In this document: one piece after another, positions 8,257-17,374 of the stretch
Layout: every line of letters starts with the position of its first letter
How positions within the stretch are numbered: the stretch's first letter is position 1
Assembly (NCBI GenBank): GCA_964616915.1
Contig: CAZTSL010000009.1
Span: forward strand, 1 to 60,518
Direction of reading: 5' to 3'
Origin: an uncultured bacterium
Lineage (GTDB): Bacteria; Myxococcota_A; CAZTSL01
DNA: 60,518 nt
The notes under the pieces: generated by a model
Databases searched by the model: none
The model's input: the letters and a program-made list of their open reading frames with translations, nothing else
What the model was told of the DNA's origin: nothing
Translations under genes and position numbers: made by a program

Positions 8257-11154
8257 ATGAAGTTGCTCCTCCTTTGCACCCTCTTTGCCCTCTCTCTTCT
8301 CCTCCTGCCCACGGTCGAAGCCGGGGCTGCCGTGGAGGGGTTCTTTCCCGAAGGGACGTTCGATCCCACGGTTCCCTCCCCCGATTCTTTCCTCGGGTAC
8401 CCGATCGGGGAGCGGCGCACGCATCACGAGGCGGTGTTGCGCTACTTCAAGGCGCTCGAAGAGCATTCGCCTCACGCGCGTCTCTTTCGCTACGGCCGGA
8501 CGCACGAGGGGCGGGTGCTCTTCTATCTGGCGATCGGTTCCCCGCTGCACATCGAACATCTCGACGACATCGGGGAGATGGCGGCCGCGCTTGCCGATCC
8601 CCGGCGGCTGCCCCCCGGGGAGGGGGAGCGGATCGTTCGGGAGATGCCCGCGCTGGCCTGGATGGCCTATGCGATCCACGGGGACGAACTCTCGAGCACG
8701 GAGGCCGCCCTCCTTCTGGCCTACCGGCTCGTGGCCGGAACGGATGAAGCGGCCCGCTTCCTTCGGGACCGCCTCGTCGTCTTCATCGACCCTCTCCAGA
8801 ACCCCGACGGGCGGGAGCGCTTCCTGGCCCAACTCGATTCGATCCAGGGGCGGGTCCCGAACCCCGACACGAACGGCCTCCACTTCCGGGGGTTCTGGAT
8901 GCGGGGGCGGGGGAACCACTATCTCTTCGATCTCAACCGCGACTGGTTCACCCTGATCCACCCCGAGAGTCGGGGGAGGATCGCCGCGATCCTCTCCTGG
9001 CATCCCCAGCTCGTCGTCGATGCCCACGAGATGGGGCCGGAGGAGACGTACCTCTTCTCCCCGCCGCGGGAACCCTTCAATCCCCATCTGACGGCGGCGG
9101 TGCGCAAGTGGTGGCCCCGCTTTGCCAAGGCCCAGGCCGCGGCGTTCGACCGGGAGGGATGGAGCTACTACACCCGGGAGTGGAACGAGGAGTGGTACCC
9201 GGGGTATGGCTCCTCCTGGTCGATCTACACCGGAGCCGTCGGGATCCTCTACGAGCAGGCCGCAACCGCGGGACGGCTCGTCAAACGAGCGGATGGCACC
9301 CTGCTCACCTATGAAGAGGCGATCCGGCATCATCTCGTCAGTTCCCTGGCCAACCTCGAGACCCTTGCCGAGCACCGGGAGGAGATCCTGGGCGATTTCC
9401 TCGGGGAAAAACGGCGAGCCGTGGAGAAACCGAAAAAGGGTGCACCGGCCCTCTTCCTCTTCCCTCCGGCCCCCGATCCCGACCGCACCGTGCATCTCGT
9501 CGAGCGCCTCCTGCGCCAGCAGATCGAGGTCTTCCGGGCGGAAGGTGAATTCTCGCTCCCCGAGGCGACCGACTTCTGGGGGGAGACCCGCAAGGCGCCC
9601 TTTCCGGCGGGCACCTTCCTCGTCCCCCTCGATCAGCCCCTCTCCCCCCTCGTCCGGGCGATCCTCGACTTCCATCTTCAGATGGACGACGCCTTCCTGC
9701 GCGATGAACGCAGGCACCTCGAGCGGGAGGAGGCAAGCCGCCTCTACGAGGTGACGGCCTGGTCGATGCCGGTTTCCTACCAGACGGAGAGTTACTGGAG
9801 CCCGACCATTCCGGATGTGCCACGCGCCAGGGTCACCCTTGCGGAACTTCGGCGGACCGATGGGCATTTGTTCCACCCGGATGCGAAGTATGGGTTTCTC
9901 ATCGATGGCGGGCGGGACCGGAGCATCGATGCCGCGGCCCGGCTCCTCGAGGCGGGCTATCGCCTCCATGCCGCGCGCGAGCCCTTTGCGATCGCGGGGC
10001 GAGCCTATCCCCGGGGGTCGTTCCTCCTGCGCAGGCGTGCCAACGCGGCCTCCCCCTCGCTCACGGAAGATCTCGAACGGATCGCCCGGCAGACCGGGAT
10101 CGAAATCGTGGGGGTGGACTCCGCTCTGGCCGAGTCCGGCTCCGACCTCGGGGGGAACGATTTCCGCCTCCTCGAGATGCCGCGGGTGGGGGTCTTCGCC
10201 GGATCACCCGTTTCCCCTCCCGCCTTCGGAGAGATCTGGTTCCTCTTCGACGAGGAACTGGGCATCCGCCTCTCCCCGATCGATCTCCTGGCTCCCGGAG
10301 ACCTCGACAAGTACAACGTCCTCATTCTCCCCTCCCTCTACGCCGAGCCCGAGCGGTACCGGCAGCTCTTCGGGAAGGAGGGGATCGAGCGTCTCAAGGG
10401 ATGGGTCGAGCGGGGGGGCACGCTCATCGTCATCGGCGATGGGGCGGCCTTCGTCGCGGCCCGGGAGAGTGGGTTGAGCCGGGTGTGTCTGCGCCGGGAG
10501 GTTCTCGAGAAGTTCCCGCCCCCCCGCCTGGGTCTTCCCGAGGGGGCGGCCCGGCGGCTCGGATTGCAGGAGGCCACCGGCTTCCTTCCCGCCGAAGGGG
10601 AGGCCGCCCAGGAGCGCCTGGCGGAGACGTTGGGAATCCCCGGTCCCGGCAGCCCCCTCCTTGGTCCGGGTGCCCGCGCCTTTCTCGGCGTAACCACTCC
10701 CTCTTCCCCCCCCTCACCGCCGGAGGGGGAGGAGGAACCGACCGATCTCGATACGTGGACGCGGATCGATGAACGGCTCCGTCGCTTCTCTCCCCAGGGA
10801 ACCTTCCTGCGCGCCGACCTCGATACGGAGCACTGGCTCGCCTACGGGCTGCCGGAACGGATGGCGGTTCTGATTCAGGGGGACTACGCCTACATCGCCC
10901 GCAAACCGGTGCGCACCGTGGCACGTCTCTCCGATCCGGCCGGACTCCACGTAAGCGGTCTCCTCTGGCCCGAGGCGGCGGGCCGTCTGGCGCGGACCGC
11001 CTACCTCACGATCGAGGGAATGGGGCGCGGCTCGATCATCCTCTTTGCCGCTTCCCCCCTCTTCCGGGCGAGCCTGCCCGCCTCGGCCCGTCTCTTCAAG
11101 AATGCCGTCGTTCTCGCTCCCGGCCTGGGTGCCAGTCACCCCGCCCCCTGGTAG
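8257..11154 (+). CDS. Secreted M14-family zinc carboxypeptidase-like protein (large, about 965 aa)
   Basis: HxxE zinc motif in AYAIHGDELS, and NPDGRERF further on. Cleavable-looking signal peptide MKLLLLCTLFALSLLLLPTVEAGA starts at ATG 8257. The track start 7990 would bury this signal peptide at residue 90. Confidence 0.85.
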   Translation: MKLLLLCTLFALSLLLLPTVEAGAAVEGFFPEGTFDPTVPSPDSFLGYPIGERRTHHEAVLRYFKALEEHSPHARLFRYGRTHEGRVLFYLAIGSPLHIEHLDDIGEMAAALADPRRLPPGEGERIVREMPALAWMAYAIHGDELSSTEAALLLAYRLVAGTDEAARFLRDRLVVFIDPLQNPDGRERFLAQLDSIQGRVPNPDTNGLHFRGFWMRGRGNHYLFDLNRDWFTLIHPESRGRIAAILSWHPQLVVDAHEMGPEETYLFSPPREPFNPHLTAAVRKWWPRFAKAQAAAFDREGWSYYTREWNEEWYPGYGSSWSIYTGAVGILYEQAATAGRLVKRADGTLLTYEEAIRHHLVSSLANLETLAEHREEILGDFLGEKRRAVEKPKKGAPALFLFPPAPDPDRTVHLVERLLRQQIEVFRAEGEFSLPEATDFWGETRKAPFPAGTFLVPLDQPLSPLVRAILDFHLQMDDAFLRDERRHLEREEASRLYEVTAWSMPVSYQTESYWSPTIPDVPRARVTLAELRRTDGHLFHPDAKYGFLIDGGRDRSIDAAARLLEAGYRLHAAREPFAIAGRAYPRGSFLLRRRANAASPSLTEDLERIARQTGIEIVGVDSALAESGSDLGGNDFRLLEMPRVGVFAGSPVSPPAFGEIWFLFDEELGIRLSPIDLLAPGDLDKYNVLILPSLYAEPERYRQLFGKEGIERLKGWVERGGTLIVIGDGAAFVAARESGLSRVCLRREVLEKFPPPRLGLPEGAARRLGLQEATGFLPAEGEAAQERLAETLGIPGPGSPLLGPGARAFLGVTTPSSPPSPPEGEEEPTDLDTWTRIDERLRRFSPQGTFLRADLDTEHWLAYGLPERMAVLIQGDYAYIARKPVRTVARLSDPAGLHVSGLLWPEAAGRLARTAYLTIEGMGRGSIILFAASPLFRASLPASARLFKNAVVLAPGLGASHPAPW

Positions 11155-12829
11155 AGGACATCGTACATGAGGCCGGGAGGAGGATCGGCAAGAGCAAGAG
11201 GAGGAGGGGGAGGGGTGCCGCTGCCCCGCGGGGGAAGAAGCCGCAGGGGAGCGTTGTGCCCGTCTTGACGACCACGATGGGGGTGTAGGGGGAGTTGGCC
11301 GTCTGGCTGTCGGCGCGGAGCCGGTAGAAGTAGGTCTGCCCCCCCTCCACTTCCCGGTCCGTGTAGTTCGTCACATCGGCCCCCACGACCGCCACGACCT
11401 CCCAGCGGTTGTCGTCGCTGGAGCGCTCGATCTTGAAGCGCTCCTCCCCTTCGCTGTTGTCCTGCCATGAGAGTTCGACCGTCCGCTCCGAGACGAGGGT
11501 GGCCTCGAGGTCACTCGGCGCGGGGAGGGTGGCGGCGCCTTTGAGGATCGTGAAGGTGTCACGGATTCGTCCCCGGTCGTCGAGGAAGGTCGCATCGAGA
11601 CGGCTCCCCGCCACATCGAGGACGAGGGAGCCGAGTTCTTCGAGGGCGATGTACATCGCTTCGTGGTCGAAGTCCCCGCCACTCGTCTTGCCGGAACTCC
11701 CCGCCACGACGTAGACCGTTCCCTCATGCCCCGCGAGCCCCTCGGTCGGTTTCTTGTACGAGCCCTCTTCGCCGGGGCGGCCGTTGCCCGCGTCGAGGAT
11801 CATCGAGGCGTCGAGCGTCTCCGAGGAGCCGTAGTGGCCGTCGAGGAGGAAGGAACGTTCGTAGGAATGGCTATGCCCCCCGAGCACGAGATCGACGCCG
11901 GCATCCTCGAGGATCGGGTTGTAGCGCCGCCGCATCTCGATGAGATTTCCATCCGTGTCCGAGTCGTGGGATCCCTTGGAGTAAGGAGGATGATGCCAGT
12001 AGGCGATGATCCATTCCTGGGTCGTGGCGGCCAGGTCCTCGGTGAGCCAGTTCCCCATGGCAGGCAGGGAGGCCGATTCGCTCGAATCGAGACAGACGAA
12101 GTGGATGTTCGCATGATCGAAGGAATAATAGGCTTCCGTTCCGGAGGGAACACCACCGGCTTCGCCGTTCTTTGGAAGGGTAAAAATATCGTAGTAAGGA
12201 CCCACCTGTCCAAGGGAACTGGCGCTGTTGGCGTCGTGGTTGCCGAAGGTGGGCCACAGCACCGTGGTCCGCAGGAGGGAAGGGTACATCGCGAAGACCG
12301 CGGCCTGGTACTCCCGGTCCGTGCCGTCGCCGTAGGCGTTGTCCCCAAGCATCAACCAGACGTCCGTAGGGCGGTCCCCCGTGAAGTCGAGGTACGCGGA
12401 GCGGACCGCCGCGGCGTTCCGGTCCGCGGTGCCCGAGTCACCGATCACCCAGATCCGCGTCGCCTTCCTCGTTCCCACCGGCGGGGCGGTCGTGAAGAAA
12501 TGCTCCCCATCCCCCCCGGCGAGGAGACCCGCCGAACTTCCCACCCCATAGTGGTAGCGGGTGTCGGGGGAGAGGCCGCTGAGAAGGACCTCGTGCTCGG
12601 TGGTGAGCGCGGACTCCCGCACGAACGTGTCGAGCGTGTCGGGGGTGGGCCCATACCAGACGACGCTGTCGGTGGGAAGATTCGTGTTCCACCGCACGAC
12701 GATCCCTTCCGGGGTGCCGATCTGGAGGTAGGGACCCCGCTCGATACGCGCCTGCTCGGCCGTGTGTGGAAGAAGGGTGAGGAAGAGCAGGGTGCTCGCA
12801 ACGGTGGCGGAGGAAAAGGCGCCCATCAT
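11096..12829 (-). CDS. Secreted purple-acid-phosphatase-like metallophosphoesterase with FN3-like module and hydrophobic C-terminal tail
   Basis: Motifs GDSG, GDNAY, GNHD, HHPPY and GHSHSYE are present. Signal peptide MMGAFSSATVASTLLFLTLLPHTAEQA starts at ATG 12829 with an AGGAGA RBS. FN3-like segment: LSWQDNSEGEERFKIERS...YFYRLRA. The 829-aa track ORF is a run-on into the neighbouring gene in another frame. Confidence 0.85.
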   Translation of the reverse strand: MMGAFSSATVASTLLFLTLLPHTAEQARIERGPYLQIGTPEGIVVRWNTNLPTDSVVWYGPTPDTLDTFVRESALTTEHEVLLSGLSPDTRYHYGVGSSAGLLAGGDGEHFFTTAPPVGTRKATRIWVIGDSGTADRNAAAVRSAYLDFTGDRPTDVWLMLGDNAYGDGTDREYQAAVFAMYPSLLRTTVLWPTFGNHDANSASSLGQVGPYYDIFTLPKNGEAGGVPSGTEAYYSFDHANIHFVCLDSSESASLPAMGNWLTEDLAATTQEWIIAYWHHPPYSKGSHDSDTDGNLIEMRRRYNPILEDAGVDLVLGGHSHSYERSFLLDGHYGSSETLDASMILDAGNGRPGEEGSYKKPTEGLAGHEGTVYVVAGSSGKTSGGDFDHEAMYIALEELGSLVLDVAGSRLDATFLDDRGRIRDTFTILKGAATLPAPSDLEATLVSERTVELSWQDNSEGEERFKIERSSDDNRWEVVAVVGADVTNYTDREVEGGQTYFYRLRADSQTANSPYTPIVVVKTGTTLPCGFFPRGAAAPLPLLLLLLPILLPASCTMSSTRGRGDWHPGRERERRHS

Positions 12830-12861
12830 GAGGGGTCTCCTTTCCGGTTCGCGGCGGGGCC

Positions 12862-14163
12862 TCATGGAACGAAACCGATCCCCTCCATGAAGCGCCGCAT
12901 CTCCTTGAGATATTTCCCCTGATCGAGGTGGAGGACATGATTTCCGGGGAACCAGTGGATCCGACAGCGGTCCCAATGATCCCACAAGATCCGGGCATGC
13001 TTCGGAGGGGCGAGGCGGTCCCCCGCCCCCCCGATGATCATGAGTCGTTCCCGCGGCAGGCGGGGGGGATAGGTCAGGGGACAGTGCACCGCCATCGCCC
13101 GCCGTGCCTCGACGACCGAGATGTCGCCGAGCCGCAGCAGGACCTTGACGAGCGTGCCCGCCGGGAACCACTGGAAGACGAGATCGACGAGGCTCACGAC
13201 CGGCACGTTCGGAATCGCAAAGGCTAGCCGCTCCTCCACCGCGGCCAGGAGGGCCGTGGTGTACCCCCCGAGACTGATCCCCGTCACCCCCACGGCCGGC
13301 GCGCCGAGTTCGAAGAGATGGTGGAGGAAGATCCGGAAATCGTGGATCGACTGCGCCACCGTCTCGTTGATCTGCGCCACCCCGCCGGAGAAATAGCCGT
13401 GACCGCTGAAGAGCGAAGTTCGCTCCTGGCGCGCTCCATGAAAGGGTAGGGTATAGAGGAGGATGTCGTAACCCTTCTTGAAGAACCAGGGAAGGGCCAG
13501 AAAACGGCTGTTGATCCAGTAGGGATCCGCCATGAAACCGTGGATCACGCAGATCGTGGGGCGGGGGCCTGTATCGTGCCGCCAATATTCCGCATGGGCG
13601 ATCCGGTTGCGACGGAACCGCGCGAAGCGCTTCCGGAGGCGGGGATTGACCGGCACGAAGGGGCTCTCGAAGCGTAAGAGGACCCGGGATCCCCCGGTCG
13701 GCTGGAAGAGTCCCATCCTTGCCGGTGAGGAGAGCACGACCGGCATCCGGCGAGGGGACTCGAAGAAGCGACCCGGATCGTCGGGATCGAGCCGATCGAG
13801 GTAGAATGCGATATCGGCCAGGTCTTCACGCAACTTCCGCGGCCGAAGCGTCCCTGGAATCGCGGTGAGCCCCACGAAGGTCGCCGCCGCGGTCCGAAGG
13901 GCCAGATCGAGCCATGCCGTGCTCTCCACGAGGAGCTGGGTCCGCAAATCGAGGTAGAAGTCGTCGGGGAATTTATGGAAGTTCGCTTCGAGGTTCTCCC
14001 ACCACGGCTGCTGCGGCATGATCCGCCGCGAATGACCGTAGGTCTCATTGGCCACGCGCGAGACGATCTCGGAGAGGTCCGGCTGCTGGGCCTCCTCCCC
14101 TGGAGGAGCTTCCCTCTCGCCCCCCGTTGGCCACCGGTTCGACACGTCGCGCGACTCGTGCAA
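12862..14163 (-). CDS. Alpha/beta hydrolase-fold protein (start uncertain)
   Basis: Nucleophile elbow GISLGG (GxSxG) follows VIHGFMADPYW and LPFHG. I chose TTG at 14163 because AGGAGGA lies 7 nt upstream. ATG 14019 or the track start 14400 are alternatives. No signal peptide is evident. Confidence 0.75.
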   Translation of the reverse strand: MHESRDVSNRWPTGGEREAPPGEEAQQPDLSEIVSRVANETYGHSRRIMPQQPWWENLEANFHKFPDDFYLDLRTQLLVESTAWLDLALRTAAATFVGLTAIPGTLRPRKLREDLADIAFYLDRLDPDDPGRFFESPRRMPVVLSSPARMGLFQPTGGSRVLLRFESPFVPVNPRLRKRFARFRRNRIAHAEYWRHDTGPRPTICVIHGFMADPYWINSRFLALPWFFKKGYDILLYTLPFHGARQERTSLFSGHGYFSGGVAQINETVAQSIHDFRIFLHHLFELGAPAVGVTGISLGGYTTALLAAVEERLAFAIPNVPVVSLVDLVFQWFPAGTLVKVLLRLGDISVVEARRAMAVHCPLTYPPRLPRERLMIIGGAGDRLAPPKHARILWDHWDRCRIHWFPGNHVLHLDQGKYLKEMRRFMEGIGFVP

Positions 14164-14298
14164 GCTCCAATCCTCCTGCTTTCTCTCTCCAGGATACCAC
14201 AGCCGCCGGTATGCCGCAATCCTCCGCGCTGTGGCCGACACGCGCCTCCTTCCCCTTCCGGGGAGATCGCGGAGGACCTCGACATCTTTTTCCGGTGA

Positions 14299-14327
14299 TT
14301 GACAAAATGCGGTGCGTTTCTTACAGT
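14299..14327 (+). promoter_or_regulatory. Sigma70-like promoter upstream of the GH31-DUF2156 pair
   Basis: TTGACA (14299-14304), a 17-nt spacer, then TACAGT (14322-14327). It lies about 130 nt upstream of the GH31 start. Confidence 0.4.
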
Positions 14328-14455
14328 GGAACCGAAGTGCGGCTCGATTCCCCTTCGTTCGAGGGAAAAGCGCCCTCACCCGTGCCCGGGGCTGCGTCAC
14401 GAAGGGACGGAGGGGACGTCTCTACCCCTTTCTCCCCTTGGAAGGGAGAGGTCCG

Positions 14456-16195
14456 ATGCAACGAACGTCACGATCCAGCGTGCTGCAGGGGGTTCTCATG
14501 GGCCTCTTGCTCCTCTTGCTCCTCTTCCTCCTCTCGATCGGGGGGAGGACGTGCGAGCCCACCGCGCCGGAACCGACGCTCGAGCCTCCTCCCTGGCCGC
14601 GTTGGGTCCACCGCCACTGGGTGTGGGAGAATTCGGGGACGCAGGAGAGTGCCTGGGCGTTCGTCAACGCCTTCCTCGAGCATGACATCCCGGTGGGGGC
14701 GGTGATCATCGATCGGCCCTGGCAGACGGAACCGAACACCTTCGTCCCCGACCCCGCGCGCTATCCCGATCTGGACACGCTCATCGAGGCATTCCACGGG
14801 ATCGATGTGCGGGTCTTCCTCTGGATCACGAGCGTCATCAACGTCGGGGCCTCCAACTATGACGAAGCGAAAGGGAAGGGCTACTTCCTGAGCAACGGCA
14901 GGACGATCGAGTGGTGGGGAGGGGAGGGGAGCCTCCTCGACTATACGAATCCGGCGGCGGTGGCATGGTGGCACGCGCAGATGGATCCGATCCTCGACCT
15001 CGGGATCGACGGGTGGAAGTGCGACGCCACCGATCCCTACGTCCTGACGCTCGTCCCCTCGATCGGCTACGGCGGGCAGGTGACGTGGGATGAGTACAAG
15101 GACGCCTACTACCGGGACTTCTTCGACTACACGCGCAACCGGCTCGGGGACGACCGGGTGATCACGGCCCGTCCCTCCGACGACTACTTCGTGACCGGGA
15201 TCCCCCTCTCCTTCGCACCGGTCGATGTGAACTTCGCGGGATGGGTGGGGGACCAGGATCCCGATTTCTCGGGGTTGCGGGTGGCGCTCTCGAACATGTT
15301 CACCTCCGCGGAACTCGGCTACGTGAGCTATGGTTCGGATATCGGCGGTTTCCGGGACCAGGGAGAACCTCATCCGGAAGCGTTCACCCGCTGGGCACAG
15401 CTTGGGGCGCTCTGTCCGATCATGGAGAACGGGGGGAGCGGTGAGCACCGTCCCTGGGCCTACGGCGAACGAATCGAATCGATCTACCGGACCTACACGC
15501 GACTCCACTACGAACTGATCCCCTACATCTACAGTCAGGCCGCCTATTCCTTCGAGATCGGGTTGCCCACAATGCGGCCGCAGGCCGGAGTCTGGACCTA
15601 CCTGCTCGGGGACGAACTCCTCGTGGCGCCCTTCTACGAGCCGGGCGAGACGCGGGAGATCATCTTTCCAGAGGGCAGGTGGATCGATTTCTTCGACGAA
15701 GGGGTGAAGTATGGCCCGGGTCCGAGGATCCTCGAGTTTCCGCTCGAACGTTTCCCCCTCTTCGTCCGCGAGGGGGCGATCGTGCCGATGGAGGTGATCG
15801 ACGACACCACCGGCCATGGGCGCGCGGCCTCGGCGGGGCATACGACGATCCTCGTCTATCCGCGGGAGGGCAGCGGCCGATTCGGGTATTACGAGGAAGA
15901 CGCGGTCGGCTTCATGATCCGCTACGTGCGGGAGAAAACGTCGCTCTCCCTCTCGACGACCGCCACGGGGCGTAAGCTCCTCTTCCGGATCCATGGCGAC
16001 CCGGAACCGCTGCGTGTCACCATGGGGGACGTGGAGCTTCCACGCGCGGCGTCGCTCGAAGCCCTCGTTGCCCTACCGGCCGGATGGGCACGGGAAGGAG
16101 CGATCACCTGGGTTCGCGTCGCCGACGCTTCCGGCGGAATGGACGTCCAGCTCGATTACGCCGAGGGGATCCACGGTGATGAACCGGTCCGATGA
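14456..16195 (+). CDS. Glycoside hydrolase family 31 protein (alpha-glucosidase/xylosidase-like), membrane-anchored or secreted
   Basis: LGIDGWKCDATDP resembles the GH31 nucleophile region (compare GVDCFKTDFGE of YicI). YGSDIGGF...FTRWAQLGALCPIMENGG matches the GH31 GADxxGF...RWxQLGAFxP block. N-terminal hydrophobic anchor MQRTSRSSVLQGVLMGLLLLLLLFLLSIGG starts at ATG 14456 with a GGGAGAGG RBS. Confidence 0.85.
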   Translation: MQRTSRSSVLQGVLMGLLLLLLLFLLSIGGRTCEPTAPEPTLEPPPWPRWVHRHWVWENSGTQESAWAFVNAFLEHDIPVGAVIIDRPWQTEPNTFVPDPARYPDLDTLIEAFHGIDVRVFLWITSVINVGASNYDEAKGKGYFLSNGRTIEWWGGEGSLLDYTNPAAVAWWHAQMDPILDLGIDGWKCDATDPYVLTLVPSIGYGGQVTWDEYKDAYYRDFFDYTRNRLGDDRVITARPSDDYFVTGIPLSFAPVDVNFAGWVGDQDPDFSGLRVALSNMFTSAELGYVSYGSDIGGFRDQGEPHPEAFTRWAQLGALCPIMENGGSGEHRPWAYGERIESIYRTYTRLHYELIPYIYSQAAYSFEIGLPTMRPQAGVWTYLLGDELLVAPFYEPGETREIIFPEGRWIDFFDEGVKYGPGPRILEFPLERFPLFVREGAIVPMEVIDDTTGHGRAASAGHTTILVYPREGSGRFGYYEEDAVGFMIRYVREKTSLSLSTTATGRKLLFRIHGDPEPLRVTMGDVELPRAASLEALVALPAGWAREGAITWVRVADASGGMDVQLDYAEGIHGDEPVR

Positions 16196-17141
16196 ACCGG
16201 AAGCGGTTCGCGGTATCGGGCATCTCGAGGTCCGGCCGCTCCGTCGCGAAGACGAGCCCCGCATCGAGGCCGCCATGAAAGGACGGGAGATGTGGAGTCG
16301 CTTCTTCCCCTTCCTCTTCTTCTACAGCGCACCGAGCCGGCAAGTCCTCATCGCAGAGGCCGGGGATGCGCTCTTCGTCTTCCTCCACCGCCGGTCGCGG
16401 CACCGGCGGGGAGAGCGGATCGACCTCTTCTACCCGCCACTCGGATGCGAGGGACCCGCATTCACCGAGGGAACTCGGGAGATGATCTCCGCGGCCAACG
16501 CAGCAAACGGCGATTCCAGCGCCCGGGTCCTCTGGGCGGAACGAAGCGATGCCGAGCAGGCCCGCAGTGCCGGCCTCATCCCCCGCCACAACGAATGGGA
16601 GTTCATCTACGACCTCGGCGAGGTCGCGGCGATGGATGGAAAGAGATTCCGGGATGTGCGAAAGCGCTTCTTCCGCTTTCTGCGGGCGTATCCGCTGGCC
16701 CTCTACCGCCCGATGGGGGCTGAGGACCTTGGGGGCTGCCGGGCCCTCGTGCGTGCGCTCGAACGCAAGCAGCGCGCTGCCGGCATCCCGGTCCTCGATA
16801 CCGGCTACACCCTTGCGGCGCTCAAATGGCATTCGCTCTTCCCCGAACCGACGCTGCTCTCCAGAGTCCTCGTCCTGGGAGAGCGAATCCTCGGTTTCGC
16901 GATGGCGGGGGGGATGACGGAGAGGGGCGCGAATTTCTTCATCCTCAAGACCGACCACTCGGTCACCGGCGCCGCGGAGTATCTGCGCTGCCGGATGATG
17001 GACGAACTCTATTCGCTGGGATATCGTTGGATCAACGACGCCGGGGACCTCGGGCGGCCTGGGCTGCGGCGGCACAAGGAGAAGTTCCGGCCCGTACGGA
17101 AACTCGAAGTCTGCCGTCTCCTCCAGCTCTCCCCTCGATGA
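16179..17141 (+). CDS. DUF2156 / MprF C-terminal (aminoacyl-phosphatidylglycerol synthase-like) domain protein
   Basis: About 320 aa. Overall similarity, from memory, to stand-alone DUF2156 proteins: FIYDLGEVAAMDGKRFRDVRKRFFRF ... FFILKTDHSVTGAAEYL ... INDAGDLGRPGLRRHKEKFRP. ATG 16179 overlaps the GH31 stop by 17 nt. The family assignment is not verified by a search. Confidence 0.6.
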   Translation: MNRSDEPEAVRGIGHLEVRPLRREDEPRIEAAMKGREMWSRFFPFLFFYSAPSRQVLIAEAGDALFVFLHRRSRHRRGERIDLFYPPLGCEGPAFTEGTREMISAANAANGDSSARVLWAERSDAEQARSAGLIPRHNEWEFIYDLGEVAAMDGKRFRDVRKRFFRFLRAYPLALYRPMGAEDLGGCRALVRALERKQRAAGIPVLDTGYTLAALKWHSLFPEPTLLSRVLVLGERILGFAMAGGMTERGANFFILKTDHSVTGAAEYLRCRMMDELYSLGYRWINDAGDLGRPGLRRHKEKFRPVRKLEVCRLLQLSPR

Positions 17142-17173
17142 TCCCCGGAACTTCACGGAGGATTCAGGGATTC

Positions 17174-17374
17174 ATGACGCAACGCAGAGTCATCAAGAAA
17201 ACCCCGGAGGAACGGTGTGCTTACTTCCTCCGGATCTCCCGTCACTACCAGAAGGAGAACGATCCCCGTCTGGCGGTCGATTATGCCACCAAGGGGCTGG
17301 AGCTGGCGCGGAAGCACAACCTCGAGGCGTATCGGGCCTCCTTCGAGGAGATCATTCGGCAGCCGGGTGGGTAG
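17174..17374 (+). CDS. Small hypothetical protein (66 aa)
   Basis: ATG 17174 is preceded by GGAGGA. The product is MTQRRVIKKTPEERCAYFLRISRHYQKENDPRLAVDYATKGLELARKHNLEAYRASFEEIIRQPGG, with mostly G/C-ending codons. Its 3' end overlaps the convergent cytochrome gene by 23 nt. No recognisable family. Confidence 0.3.
   Translation: MTQRRVIKKTPEERCAYFLRISRHYQKENDPRLAVDYATKGLELARKHNLEAYRASFEEIIRQPGG

Noticed and set aside
8257-14163. M14 peptidase, metallophosphoesterase and alpha/beta hydrolase considered as possible type III CRISPR ancillary effectors (protease or phosphodiesterase).
   Set aside because: The peptidase and the phosphatase have N-terminal signal peptides, so they are extracytoplasmic. 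They are divergently or independently transcribed from the cmr operon. None has a CARF or SAVED sensor domain. The proximity is most likely coincidental.
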